From contig NC_135264.1 of assembly GCF_964204865.1 (NCBI RefSeq), positions 12,958,001-13,022,000 of the forward strand: a stretch of 64,000 nt of DNA, written 5' to 3'. Position numbers and translations under genes: made by a program. Within the stretch, counting starts at the first letter, position 1; every line of letters begins with the position of its first letter. The notes under the pieces were generated by a model, which was given only the letters and a program-made list of their open reading frames with translations, was not told where the DNA came from and made no database searches. The stretch is from Styela clava (taxonomy: Eukaryota). Positions 39,201 to 52,153 of the stretch are shown piece after piece.

Positions 39201-40200
39201 TTGAAAACAATTTTCTATACATGGTTTCATTCATTATTGAGATTTTGGCACCCAAATCAATTAAAAGCTTGGTTTCTATACCATCAATCATTAAAGAACA
39301 ATGTTTAAAAATACCATTAACAGAATCACTGTTATTTTTAACAGAAAATACATTTTGCACATCATCACTTTGTTTTTGTGATGGCAACACTTGTCTTGTA
39401 GTCTTTTGTTTCAAAGACCTACACATTTTCATGAAATGATTTCTTTTGCCACATGCATGACAAATACGATTTTTAGCAGGACAATTCCTACTATATGAAG
39501 CATGAGAATTTGATCCACAACAAGTACAATGTTGTTTAGCATATGATGAATTTGCTTTTTGATTTTTCCATTGATTGTGATATCTTTGCCTTTGAATTCC
39601 TTGAACAATAGGATTTTCTTCTTTTTTGAACTTTGGTTTTCCATTGAAATTGGTTTCTTTCTGAATACGATGTGATTCTTCATGAGCAGTTTCAATTTGA
39701 CAAGCCAGTTTTACTGCTTGATCCAAAGTCAGTGTATCAGGTTCCATGAGCAACCTTTCTCTAATTCTTGGTGAGATGGTGTGTTCGATTATTTGACCAC
39801 AGATCATATCATCTGACATATCCGCAAAATTACACTCTGACACTATTTCTCTTAGTGCAGCGACATATTCTATTATTGACTCACCATCATGCTGTTTTCT
39901 ATTCCAAAATAGATGTCTTTGCATTTTTACACTGTCTTTTTTACCAAACTGCTTTTCTAAAGCAGCAACTGCTTGTTCATAAGTATCTGTGTCTGATAAC
40001 GAAACAAATATTCTTTGGCCTTCAATGCCTAAACAATGCAGTAGAATTGCACGTTTTTTATCAGCAGATACATTTTCCTGATCAAGTCCAGTGGCTTTCA
40101 TATACGTTTCAAAGCTATTGTACCAACGTTTCCAAGGTACTTGTGGTTCACCTGGACTTTGCAAGAAACATTGCGGTGGTGGTAAATGTAATTCAGCCAT
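36241..40200 (-). CDS. Gag-Pol polyprotein, 1319 aa
   Basis: Twin zinc knuckles CTCCGSNSH...C / CHACGKRNHFMKMC, protease LIDLGA, RT (LCVDLR, KLDL, PYGL, NIDD), RNase H TDAS, integrase HSGH...CQPC / DVFG / SDNG / ERFNRVLK. Confidence 0.97.
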   Translation of the reverse strand: MAELHLPPPQCFLQSPGEPQVPWKRWYNSFETYMKATGLDQENVSADKKRAILLHCLGIEGQRIFVSLSDTDTYEQAVAALEKQFGKKDSVKMQRHLFWNRKQHDGESIIEYVAALREIVSECNFADMSDDMICGQIIEHTISPRIRERLLMEPDTLTLDQAVKLACQIETAHEESHRIQKETNFNGKPKFKKEENPIVQGIQRQRYHNQWKNQKANSSYAKQHCTCCGSNSHASYSRNCPAKNRICHACGKRNHFMKMCRSLKQKTTRQVLPSQKQSDDVQNVFSVKNNSDSVNGIFKHCSLMIDGIETKLLIDLGAKISIMNETMYRKLFSKYKLKPTTQKLCGYGGSSIESIGVIDLPNIQYGNETIDVFSFFVTKKGVSLMGVDLFDRLNFKVTCNGATVNSIDFRAKYAKVFTGLGKVSKFQHDPMVDHTVKPISQKLRRLPLSVRASVSAELKRLEDNDVIEKIETSPWISNIVIVPKKSNEIRLCVDLRQVNMAIIPDKYPLPTMTELTSKFHSSTVFSKLDLRRSYEQVPLAKDKRYLTAFITHDSIYQYKRIPYGLCSAPSCFQKILSMILKDCENTVNNIDDVIVHGINQADHDEKLDKVLRKLAEYNLTLNVDKCQFSKNCINFIGYKISGSGVLPLESNVESILNIPMPKNKKELQSFLATTNFYLKFVQNYANVAEPLRKLLRKDIPWEWTDLQSNAVNKLKESIASPPILAHFNPNAQTIVTTDASGYAVGAVLSQIDRQGNEKPVAFASKTLSNTERKYSTCEREALASIYACEHWHIYLYGRNFILRTDHEALKSLLSTSGSGHRPLRIYRWTDRLLQYNFKVEHVSGSKNEVADMLSRLVPDDVKESENKDDSDIFEINLDGLVTKEDLEEESKIDPVFQEVVKCLQNGWTFPISPDVAVFYKLRHELSVWNDVCLARGSRAIIPSQLRKRVLEMAHSGHPGMVRMKQRCRENVWWPRLNAQIEDFVRNCQPCAMSGKSIKPAEPPLQSIPWPSEPWKDISIDVFGEMQIAPVKDRFAVVINDLHSKWPEVALTSNVTSTYLINILEGLFARWGIPESITSDNGSVFVSYEFKHFLAKHGIKQKLCALYNPTSNSITERFNRVLKEGLKTHLREGKTVGKAIQIILQNYRATPHALTGKSPAELMTGRKMRLSLECLKPSNTETNINIPKMQKEIAIRQQKSKLYTDDKRHAKVPIFEVGDWVRIKRPIRGHKFKSSLSNPHKITRKVGPATYKLEDGSIWNARRLVRSYQHSFQNENDFHVETFGFNNEDIANLRQSPRNARRNPSRNRRLPSYLQDYELG

Positions 40201-40309
40201 TTATCACACTTTTCTTCTCTTCCGAAATATGACGTCACCAGTAGTCTACTACCGTAATTTGCCTGTTTTCACTATTTCGTATTTTCAACGACTCTTTTTA
40301 AAATCACCA

Positions 40310-40322
40310 ATCCTCGTCGCCA
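40310..40322 (-). other. Primer binding site TGGCGACGAGGAT
   Basis: 3 nt inside the 5' LTR; complementary to a tRNA 3' end ATCCTCGTCGCCA, which I recall as metazoan tRNA-Ser(GCU). Confidence 0.8.
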
Positions 40323-40325
40323 ATC

Positions 40326-40543
40326 TGTTGTGTCCCTGACACTGACTAATGAACTATACAAGAATCCAACTTGATAGAAACATCAGTTTAATGAAAACAA
40401 ACAATAACAACGCTTAGCAAGCAAACTTATAACAGCGTACCGAATCACTAATGTCACATGAGGTTCTACAAGAATGATGCAATAGTAAACACTTAACGCC
40501 AGCTAGTGGAAACATAAAATATATAAAAAGTCAATACACAACA
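40326..40543 (-). repeat. 5' LTR
   Basis: 218 bp, TG...CA, followed by TSD gacgg at 40544-40548. Confidence 0.96.
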
Positions 40544-43174
40544 GACGGCTGACCGCAATCGTCAGTCGCAAATTTTTCCGCAATTGTGCTTCAATCAAGG
40601 AACTGCTATCTATATGTGGGTAATCGTATATCAGCAATTGAATCACTGTACCATATTCTTTGAAAAACCCAACCATTTAGGATAATAGTTTCGCATCCCA
40701 TTTTTCGTTTTTCCAAAGTTTTGATACTGTTTTTTGTGCATATATACTGTTTAGTTATCGTAGTTTGAAAATCCAGAAAGAAGTAAATAAAAATATGAAG
40801 AATATGAAGTAAATATGAGCCGAAAAAATGTTTCGAACTTTTTAGTGGAAACTACGTTTAGTTGTTTTTTAATCAAAGAAAAGAGTGCGTTTGTTTTGTT
40901 TGATTTTTTTGTCAATAGCACTAGAGTTCGGACTACCACGTCAAAATATACAGCAAAAAAAAATGTATGATAAAAGTTAAAACAACAGCGAAAAGTTACT
41001 TTGTTCATCTAATCATTGAGAGAATACTAACACAATTGGACTATAAAAACGTTTTTAAATTTCAAAAGGAGAAATGATTAAATACCAATAAGCAATCAAT
41101 AGGTTGAATAAAACGAGTTGTAATGAAATATTCCCAAAACAATATTTGAATTGAAAACATAACAATTGAAAACGCAATAAATTACGCGCCCTTGAGTGCG
41201 TGCATATACAAATCCCAAAACCTGGTCACGTGATTTCGAAACCGATTTAAGTTTTGCGTTGGTTAATGTAACAACAAATGTAACAAACTCTTAGCGAATT
41301 TCAATTCTGGGCAAAAATGAAGTAATTATTATCGTTGTCGTGAAATAATTGTTGTGATTCAGGGAGAATGAACACCAACTAAAAGTGTTTACGGCCTTAA
41401 TAACACGTCACGCTGATAAAAACAATCAGGAATTTTAGCAAAAAGCAATCGCACGCGGTATTTGCGACTTTTTCAGTTTTCCAAAAATTTGAAAGGAGGG
41501 GGATGATCGACTGCACACACTTATCTACGCCGATTTTGGGTACAGATTTCAGCCTCTCGTCGATTGCAGTTGAATATTGCATGTTTTTTCAATGGATTTG
41601 TTCATTTGTTATTTTTTATTCAATTGTAGAATGTTTGTCGCACTACGAAAATAAATATCTGAATATGGCTCAAATCGCTTGTCATGCCATGAGAAATTCT
41701 CTCGCGTGCCACAATTGGCACGCGTGCCATGGGTTGCCGACCCCTGGTATAGTAGAATGCATATGTAAGTTTGAAATAATTTCTAGAAATCGTCTTTGAA
41801 AAAAAATTGAAAGCTTTGTTTTACTTATTCAAAATACTTCAGTGTTAAACTTTATGTGGTGTTGGGCGCAGGCAAGCATTATTTGAATTTGATTCTAATA
41901 AAACAAAATTGCCAAAAACTGTAGATTAGACCAAGACTGTCGAATCGGAAGTCAGACAAATTTTCACTGGAGTACTCTCGGAAAAGTCAAAATTCCGAAT
42001 TCTTCGGAATCGGAGTTTTAAAATTTTAACTTTCACCAAGGGTTCTGAATGATCTATAAAGGAAAGCTTGTATGCCCCAGGTATTTCTTAATGAAATTTG
42101 ATTCATATGGAGCTGGAAATATTTTTACAACCAGGTGTCTAACCAACGTTTTTTCAACCAGAACTCGGGAACTCTATTGTAAATTTTCCGCGTCGCCACA
42201 GCATCCGAACAAACTTTAGTCTGGACGACAACATATCGCTTTCTCTGATGATGCTGTGTTCTACCAAATAACATGATCAAAAGTCTTCGTTTCTATAAAC
42301 CCGTATATAGAAAAACTACATACAGTATGTAGAGAAAATTATAGTAAATTTTATTTGTTAAATAAAACTCCAGTATTCGGTAAGATTCAACAAATTTATG
42401 ACGCAAAGAAAACGAAAAGTCTACCACGTTGCAATGCATCTTTGTCGGTTGTACCCCATCCGAATAGAGCGTATTCAGGTTAAGTCAGCCGTTTGGTTAA
42501 ATTAGGGTTCAGTTTCTCGAATTTCCTAACAGAATGTCAGTGTTATAGTATTTTCATGCCATTTAATCCAACAAGTCGAATTAATGAAAAATCCGACCGT
42601 TTTCAAAATAAAATTTTTAAGCAAGCTTGTAAAACGATATGTATCCAATTTGTTTTTAATTATATAGGCCAGTGTGCGAGAAATCACTCTTAACCAAAGT
42701 ATAGAGATGAATCCAGAACTTCTAAACATGCAATTCCCGTATGCGTAATTAGTTTTTTCACAATCACATATATACAATATGATATAGTACGTATGGTTGG
42801 CAAAAAAGTGTTTTTAAATTAAAACTCACATTACTATTTTGATTTGTTAGTGAAAACAAGAAAATAAATAATTATTGAATAAGTATGATGGCAATTACTG
42901 AAGTCTTGAGAGAAATTGAAAAGTGAAATTATTCATCATATTTTGTCTAAAATATGCCTAGTTAGGAATCCAAAAATAATTTCAATATGAGTTAGCAAGG
43001 TATTTATAACAAGACGCTATTTACAAATTTACAAATTAAAAAAAATACTCAAAATATTTCCTACTATTTAGCTATGTTATGAATTATACAATAAAGATGA
43101 TAAAATAAAGATATTGCAACTAATTAAACACCAAATATGAATTAATGCTGGATTGATTGGAGAATTTCCTTTTG

Positions 43175-46100
43175 TTATGCCTTTTCAGCGTAGAAAAACC
43201 CCCACTTTTGATCTCCTTTACCACATCGTCGTAATTTATCGTTCCAACCAGTTTTAATCGAGTCAAAATCTTCAACGGAAAATTTCTAAAAATACAATTT
43301 ACGTGTGTGGAAAAGTTTATAGGTTAATGGTGACTACTCATCGAACACAAAATATAGAGCATTACTCTACTGATCATAGTAGAACATGCAGGTATAACGA
43401 TACATTTATGGAATATTGGATTATATAAGCTGAATCTTATTTAGACTATTCTTTCACGATTGGATATTTAAAATTGAATAAATATGTTACCTTTGCAAAA
43501 TCGCCTTTTTTCCTGTCGAAAAGTTGCAACTCTTTTTGTAGAATGGACACAAACATATCAGTCTTATCAACCGCTTTGACATTCGTGAAGCCAGCGTTTT
43601 GAAGTTCCTATAAAAATCAAATATTTTGAGTAGTAATATGTAAACGACAATTAAAATGAAGAAGTTCATGACATACGTACCTGGCCGTATTGATCGACCG
43701 TCAGTAAGAAATATCCTCGCTGTGCAACGTAATCTTTGAATTCTTGAGAATGTTTATCATGCGGGCCACATACATAATCAGTTATCAATACTTTGCCTCC
43801 TGGTTTCAACCATTTCTGTGAAAGACATGATTGAATTGTAAATTACAATTCATGTACAGGTCTAAAGCATGGAGATGGCGCAATTATAAGAGGTGTCTAT
43901 AGTCCACACCCTCGCTTGGAATAAGGCGTATTAAAACACTCAGATACTTAAATGAGGCTGGGCATTTCGAACCAAATCGAATAGTAAATTATTAGAACAG
44001 ACGCCATTTTGTTTTTGTATTCGTCCGCCGGAGGTCGAATGAATCCCTCAAATTTTTTTCTTGACGCCATATTTTTAAAATGCAATTCTGACATATGACT
44101 CTTTTCTTCCATAGTTGAGTTATTGGTGAACCGTGTTTTCATTGTGTGTAAACGCTCAGCCAACTACCTTAGTGATGGATTCCATATTTTTAGGAATTCA
44201 TGTGCCTGGAGAACCCATCACAATAAATATTCACATACAATTAATATCAAGATTCATTTTGAAAAAATATTCGATCCGATTCTGAAATCATCAGGTATTT
44301 AAAAATGCGCAGACTCATTTGTAATCAAACAAACGATAAGTTCACCCATCATTTTATATAATTTTAACGTGTGGATCCAGGACTCGAACCTGACAGTTCG
44401 TCCCACAGAATACAAGAATTTTGCATACGAAAAATTGAGATAGATTTTAAAGCATTAGAGAAACCGTATACCATTTTAGGTGGGCTGAAAAATTGTTAAT
44501 TTGAATTTATAACGAGATAAATAGTATTCAGTTCAATCCTATAGATTATAGAAGATAGGAAGCTAATGAGACAGTCTAATTTGATAGCAAGAATTGGCCT
44601 CAAAATAGCCAACAAGAATGATGGTCACTCATAATCGCTAGAATTAAATGACCGACGAAGCCGTAACGCGAACAATTCTGCAACGACATTTAGTCAGTAA
44701 CCGCACATATTTAATTATAGATAAAAACTGATAATCTTTGACAACGTACGTCGTACACGTGGCAAAACAAGAAAATAGGACACCAAATAACTACTGAACC
44801 AATTTTGAAGACTAGTGCAAACAAATAGGAAAGATTAAATGGCGCCTATTGAATCAATTTTACCAAATTTCGTTCATCCAAAAATGTGAGATAGCGGCGA
44901 ATGGGCGAGCATGCGATATTTGTCGATCATAATATCTAAACGTAAAATGGCCGCCTTGCCACAATCGTCGATAATTGTGAAGTACAATACTAACAATGCG
45001 GTTTGTATCAAGCTGGTGACAAATTAGCCTCGTAATCTTTTTGTATATTCTGTTTACAGATGTTACATAACATTTAACAACGCCGCTCCATATTACAGGA
45101 AAAGCAAACATTGCGTAATTGTTTATACGGCCTATATTGTTATCTCCAGCTGTTTTACCGCAAAATACACATCCGACGACGTTGGTACAATAAAAATATG
45201 GGGCAGGAAGGATGGGTAGCTTGTACATAAGCGCTACCAACCACGCCATTTTGGCATAGATACTTTTATAAATAAATTATAATAGAGGCCCTCTCGTTAT
45301 CGGGACCTAATAGTACTTAATGCACTAAGTGTAATAAATTCGGTAGGCAATGCCGGACCGGCAAGATTTCAGCCCTTACAAAATAGTAGCTTATTACTTA
45401 TATATATATATATTGTATCGCTTGGACAGGGTCCTGTTCGGAGCGAGAAGCTTGGTTAAACTCCGTAGAAAAAAATGTACTTACATAAAAATTCGCGAAC
45501 AGTTGATCTTTGTGCTTGATATGCAGAATTGTATCGCGACTGTATATCACATCGAATGCGTCTTCAGGATATTGTATCTTAGTCGCATCTGCCACTTCGA
45601 AGTATACCTTAATAATAATACAATGATTATTACATTATTCAAGAATAAAATATAAAATATTTGTAACAGAAAACACCATTACACATACTTTTGGAATTTG
45701 ATATTCCCTCTGACGTTCAATCGCGATTCCGATCATGTTCGATGATAAATCGATGCCAATGACTTCAGCCCCAAATTCCTGTAAGAAAATATGTAAGCTT
45801 TTAGTTGATAGCACAATACTCGTGTTTTTGCTATAAATGCTTAATTGTCTTTGAATAAACTGTAACAGCAAACTTTTGGGCGCTCCAGAAGTGTGTGTAC
45901 CAATATGGAGGTAATTGATTTTGTTCGCCTACTTTACATCAAGTTGTGTGAAGGGAAGAAACCCGATGGTCAGGGGGTATATTCACTTGACTAGCACATA
46001 CAGTGCCCAAACTCGTAAATCGTAATAGAACTGGAATGATGAAAATCGGAATAAAATTATGCCCTAACCCCAACCTGGTACACACACGCCAGGAGTCACA

Positions 46101-49100
46101 AGGACTTTCAAGAAATCGTGTCGGCACCTATGTGATATGAAACTTGATCCAGGTTTACACGAACAGAAAGCGAAAGGACGCGAACAGAGAGCGACTCGCT
46201 GGTAGTAAATTCCAACACAAATATACGTCACCTACCGATGGCTAGAAAAGCCTCTTTGGAGCGAGGTAATAATTTCTGTAAATAAAGCATCTGAGTAAAC
46301 AATTTTACCCTGCCCATGTGGAAAGCACTCCCTCCGATTCCGCATCCCACATCCAACACCTTCTGGCCTTTCGTCAGTCCCAATGAGCCACAGAATTCCT
46401 GTATGAACAACAGTATTTTAATTAATCATCTAGTCTTCCTCGTGCGAAGTTTATTAATCCCAGCAGACTCACGAAACGATTCCCTAAAATGATATTTACA
46501 CAAACCTGGGTAGTCGAGTGTCCTCCTGTACTGATATAGTCTCGTCCAAATATTTCTTCATAACGCAAAATTCCATTCAAACTGTATTGCTTCTGATCAA
46601 GGAATATTTGGAACGTTTCATATCCATGATATTCCGCTGAGTCCCGTTCGGCCGGTTCCATCAGCCAGCAGATTTGGTTGTGGTTATTTTTCATCTAATA
46701 GTAATTAAAAAGTACATTTCTAGCCTAATGTTCTACCAGTATGCTGAGGTGACCGTACATTTGAACCCATGTACATTTAAACCCATGCGTATATCCACGG
46801 GTTCAATCTATATGCGGGTGCTAAAACCCATGGGTTAGGGTTAGTATGGGTTTAACTATCCGTGAAACAAAAAAAATTCCATAGGTGCAATAGCATACAG
46901 GTGCAATTGTCATGGGTTCAAATGTGCGTGGGTTCAAATGTAATGGAACCGTATGCTGAAGTCTTACTTTCATACTGTAATTCTAGGTACGACTACAAGC
47001 CATATTCGAAAAGGGTTGCTAAACGGTGAGCACAAAAGTTACCATTGTTTTCTTTCAATATACTAAAAAAGCAGAGCCCAAAATGTACAAATAAAAGCAA
47101 GGTAAATCGCTCAAGCGTGGTACAAGGTATTCATCAAAATATTTTGCTTCGGTATCATGTAATTTGCTTATAAACCTGCCAGATATAAAAAAAAAAAAAA
47201 AAAAAGTACCATGATATAAGTCTCAACCGATTTTGACGTAACCAGATCAAATCCGTAAGCTTTTCCATTTTTGCTCTTATTCGTTACGGAACTGACGAGA
47301 TTGGTGTATTCATTTGGACTGCGGTAGATCGTAGGATTGAATGACCGTTCTTTGTTACCTGTGAGTGTATAATGGTCAGTAGATAAGATACAACAACCGT
47401 CAGTGGACATTCCGAAATGAGTTGCATGATGATTTTCTAGATCGGATATGAGACGAATCGCTGGTAAAAAAATTAGTATTTGTATTGTATCTACGGAATT
47501 CACGTATGGTAAAGTTTGTTGTAATTTCAGTTCAGGACTTAGGATGTAAGCGGAATCATTGGAATCATATTTGAACGCACCCAAGCGAAAGGATTTTCGT
47601 AGTACTTTACTGTAATATTACAAATTCTAGTTCTCCTTGTTTAATGCAAGATTCAGACCAATTTGAAAGCTGGCGAATCGGACTGTTTCCGACCCTGTTC
47701 TCATTGATTAGCCTCAAATCAGCAACTCATTCGTTATTTTTCTTGATAAATTAAGTGTCTGCCAAAAAAATAAATTGCATGTGCCAACCTGATTGTTGGT
47801 AACAAGATTCACGGAAAAATAGTCGTCCAGTAGGTTTCAACCATTTTAACATTTTATCAATAAGTATTCTGATGTCATTGTCACCGAGATACATCAACAA
47901 CCAGTTCGAAAATATCAAATCCAAGCTGTAAAGAATAAATATTAAATCTGAAATAGGATTCATTTGTTTAAACTATTTTAGATATTACGTTGCGTTATCC
48001 CTCAAGCGAATTCTACTTATGAAAGGTCCCGAAAATTTGAAGGCTTTAATTTGGTGTTCGAAAGACGATGCCCCGAGTGCTCTGTGTTGCATCTACATAA
48101 GGTCCCGTTATATGGCATCTGAACAAGTTACACATATGTTCAAACATGTTTTGTATATAGCAAACGTCTTCAATACCATACCTGTTTTCTTCAAATTCAA
48201 GTTCTAAAACATTTTTGCACAAAAATGTAACGTTTTTGTTGTGGCCGTTCACTTCTTGATTCTTCTTAACAAAGTTATCCATGAAATCAACGGCGACTAC
48301 TGATTTGACTTTTTTCGACAATATTGATGTAAATCGTCTGCAATGAAATTCGTATTAACCTTGTCAAATCAAAAATATAACCTCCTGCAACCTCTTTATC
48401 CATACATACGACACATCGGGCTATAAGACGAAACGGATTTAAAGCCGGTACCGGTTGTGAGTGTGGTCAATAAAGAAGTATCTGATCCTTAATTTGAGGG
48501 CACCAGCTTATAAGGCTCAGGATCAATTTTTGAGGAGAAAAGAGATTCAAAGTGCGCATTATAGTCCGCAAAAAGGGGAATAGGATTTACATATTTATCC
48601 GGGGGAGAGGAAGGCCGCCAAGACGGCTCAATCATATGGCGAACTACGGCCTCTCGTCCGGTTACCAGTTCATGTCGGGTATGGGATTACTTAGCCAGTT
48701 ACTTAAGTTTCTCTGACTGTCAGAACCCACTCTAAGCGAAAAAAAGTATTAATCACCCCACAAACTATAATCATACCCAATTCCGGCTCCGAGTTCTAGT
48801 ACATCTTTCCCTTCGTAATCCGGTAAATACTTGATTATTTCATCGATTTCAATATCACTTATTTCTGCTGCTTGCGTGTCTAACATCATCTCTGTGACGT
48901 CACCATTTTGTGAATGTTGTTTCCAGAATTTTGTCATCTGCGTCCGCGTTTCTATACGGAAAGAGAATGAAATATAAGATAAAAAAGTTTAATATACTTG
49001 TATCGAATGTATTACTGATGCAAATACACATTATGTCTCGCTGGAATATTAAAGAACTCTGACGAATAAACTGGTGGAGAAACGAATGTGAAAATGAATT

Positions 49101-49586
49101 TTCCAATCTACATTTCCGAAAGATTGGAATTGTGCTATAGTGGAATCGTCATAATTCGCAGTTACGCAGATATTTTTTCGGCACCGACGAACATTCATTT
49201 ATTTTACAATTTTACCTGGAAAAATATCTTCAGATAAGGTAATACAGCAATCAATAACCTAAACGGTTCATTGAATTTCTTGAATACCAGTACAAACCAA
49301 TCAATATTTATCGAACTACATTTGACAATGACTATCATTCAAAAACCAATACAACGTACCAAAAATGCACATTTTAGCGTAATTTTGAAGTATTTTCTGC
49401 AAAAACAAAACTATATGCCTATCAGACGCTAAAGACTGCTTTGTGTCTCAAAAGCAAAAACCAATAAAGATTTCAACGTTCACAAAAGACGTTTAAAATT
49501 TAGGTGACTCCAGCAAATTTCATCTCACCTCCGTTTGTTTCAGAATGCACTCCATTTGTTGTTGTTGTTACTTGAGTAGTTGCCAT
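43175..49586 (-). CDS. pmt: Phosphoethanolamine N-methyltransferase, two-domain (plant/vertebrate type), 509 aa; exons 49586-49529, 48951-48777, 48337-48182, 47925-47789, 47358-47210, 46694-46506, 46398-46309, 45778-45689, 45607-45485, 43815-43681, 43607-43491, 43285-43175
   Basis: 1530 nt in frame. Domain 1: [39 protein letters not shown]. Domain 2: [10 protein letters not shown]...[47 protein letters not shown]. Confidence 0.95.
46748..46950. mobile_element. MULE-like MITE (same family as 6209-6410)
   Basis: Perfect 9-bp TSD gtatgctga; same internal sequence. Confidence 0.88.
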
Positions 49587-51724
49587 GCTAATAATTTTCC
49601 ACGGAATTTTTCCAAGAATAGCTACACGTTATAAAATGCTTCTCGAGTACGAGTAAAGCTACGACTTTGGCACTTCTTTCGTTTGCTCTTTGGGAGCATG
49701 TGCCACACTACCACTCCAAAACAAAAAAGAAAGGGATGCAGTCTAAATGTAGAAAAAAGGAATATATTATACAACGTTAGAAAGTTAGACTTCGACATCA
49801 AAAAATTGAAATGCGCCGCTATGGAAATGGATTATTTAATTGCGCTAGCTTGATTAAAAGTGTTTATACCTTGAGGGAATAATACCAAGCACGACAAGCT
49901 TCGCTGTTTATAAGGTTATCATAATTATGATCCATTTATTTCGTGGGGTCGAGTGTTAATAGCGGGCTACATATACAAACTTCGTTTAAAAATGTCTTTA
50001 CTGTGCCCTATGGCATGTCAATGTTGATAAAAGTACATGCCACATTCTCTATCGATATTTTTTGGAAACTGTCACAATTTCTTCTGTAACTGGCAACTTC
50101 CATTTGCCTTTGTCCTGTTGATCTGATATTGTTAACCTGGAATCAATCTATCGACACTCGAATAATACACAGCGATTGTTGAGCGTAATAAATCGATTTC
50201 TCTCTACTATGAGACACTGCAGGACTGCGCTATGTCATTGTCAAACACTGGGGTTCTGCATACTAACAATGACGTTGATGTGTAAAATTTAACATTTGCG
50301 TATCGTATTCTGACAGTTTTCTACGTTGGAGGCTAACAAATATACCGTAATTTCTGTTTGTGGGAAGATAACTGCTTACTTACTGATGCTGTTATTCATT
50401 TTCTAAAATCTAGACGACTATTGGACAATAACAAAACCTCTTTAACGCGACAGACTTGTTTTCAATCTTTTAGAATCTGCGGAAATTTGACACATTGCTG
50501 GTATGTAATTGGAACAAAATTTTATCCGATAAATTAAGTTTTTTTTTAAATTATTTCCTATGTGCGCTATGTATACATGAAGTCTGTTTCTACGCTGTAT
50601 GTAATATATCGTTACACACTGTACTCATAATGACATATCTAAAACTGAATCCAATTGGTCTTGTACGTTTAAGTTGAAGGCGGTACTTAACTCGTGTAAT
50701 ATTGCATCATTGTAATTACAGAAATTCATCGTGATTCTAACACCTCTAGCTATTTTACCTTCAAACAATAATTATTCTAAGTATAAAAGTGAAACATGAT
50801 AAATGTGTTATTGTGCCTATTCCTTTCGTCTGCGACGTAGAAAATCCCAGAACTTTAGTCATCCCCATGAGGCGTTTCGGTTTTAGCTGAGTCATTAGTC
50901 GTGACGCTATGAAAATTTAATAACAAAGCCAGCGTTCGCGCCCATAGGGTTATAGCTTTAAAGTGACACTCTGCTTCAGAGACTTTAAAGTGTATTCGTA
51001 CGCGGCTACAGTACACCACAACAATACAAATGTACAGGTGATTAAAAATGCAAATTCTACTATTGTTGCTATGCATCAATGCGCTCACGCAGTATGCTCA
51101 GAACGATAGTGTGATGAAATGAATCATTTATTATTTCCGCTTTGACGCTTCCGGGTTATGTTATTCTCTTCGGACAAATGAAAATGAGTTGTATAGTGTG
51201 ATGTTCTGGCTTACTGTACTCACATTTCTTTATAAAAGCAATATATTAGTGAAAAATTAGCTCTATGTCGTGAGTAATTTACACGGAAATTCGAGTCGTA
51301 CCAGACATGACTCTGCCAATTGGTTTAAGGATAGTCTCTCATCACTAACTTTGTTTGATTACCAACGGTCCTTATATACTCAAGACGAGTAGAAAAAAAA
51401 CGTGAGTCATCCTTCTAACGTGTTGTCATACTTTATCAACTATGCAGTATCTAAACATATCTTGCTCAACATATATTTGCTCTCCTTGAAATGAGTACCT
51501 ACCTACTCATCTCAAACGAGGTTCCAAAATGTAGATAGCTCTCGATCTCAAATCATTCTGGTACTTTTCCATGCCACGACATTACTGCACAAAACGAGAG
51601 AGCCTTTGTAATGCGTGGACGACCACCGCAGAATTTTTACGAACACGTAATTCGTTAAATACCTCATAAAATACTTAGGAGAATCAGGTCGATACGTTCG
51701 GACACGTATAACACTGAATACTGG

Positions 51725-52153
51725 TATTATCGGTATCGGTATCGGTATTGGTCACTTTGTCGGCATCTATAATTGTATGGGTATCGGTATCTGATAAAAT
51801 AGACCGATATTTCCGAATTAATGCAAATTCAAAATATATACTATGCAATTAATTCGAGTAGTATTTTAATGAACACTTCGTAGGGAGTCTAGCGACACAC
51901 CATTCGCGCAGTTGAGTCACAAATACGGATTTGAAGTTTCGCGCGTCCGCTTGCTCTGAGATATATGTTTTCCTAGTTGAAAAAATGCTCGCGTTGCGTA
52001 CTGTTTGCAGACAAATATTTTATTCCGACTGCTCGGTACATTCAGAACATGGTACATACATTGATTAAATTGCATACTATCGGAATATAAGCAATTTAAA
52101 TATCGGTATTAGCTCCTTTTCGTCGGTATCGGTATGATATCGGTACATCTCTA
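51725..52153. mobile_element. Partial hAT-like MITE with ATCGGT subterminal repeats
   Basis: (ATCGGT)n clusters at both ends; right end ATCGGTACATCTCTA; left TIR not found. Confidence 0.5.

Larger units (their letters stand above)
35987..40543 (-). mobile_element. Full-length Ty3/Gypsy (Mag-like) LTR retrotransposon
   Basis: Two 218-bp LTRs (TGTTGTGT...ACACAACA), 5-bp TSD gacgg, PBS, PPT and one gag-pol ORF in PR-RT-RH-IN order. Confidence 0.97.

Noticed and set aside
37169-40339. Short ORFs overlapping gag-pol in other frames or on the opposite strand
   Set aside because: Shadow ORFs of the polyprotein with no motifs.
44371-44395. tRNA-like T-arm/B-box on the minus strand (CAGGTTCGAGTCCTG)
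   Set aside because: No matching acceptor 5' strand, D-arm or anticodon arm at the right spacing; at most a SINE or tRNA fragment.
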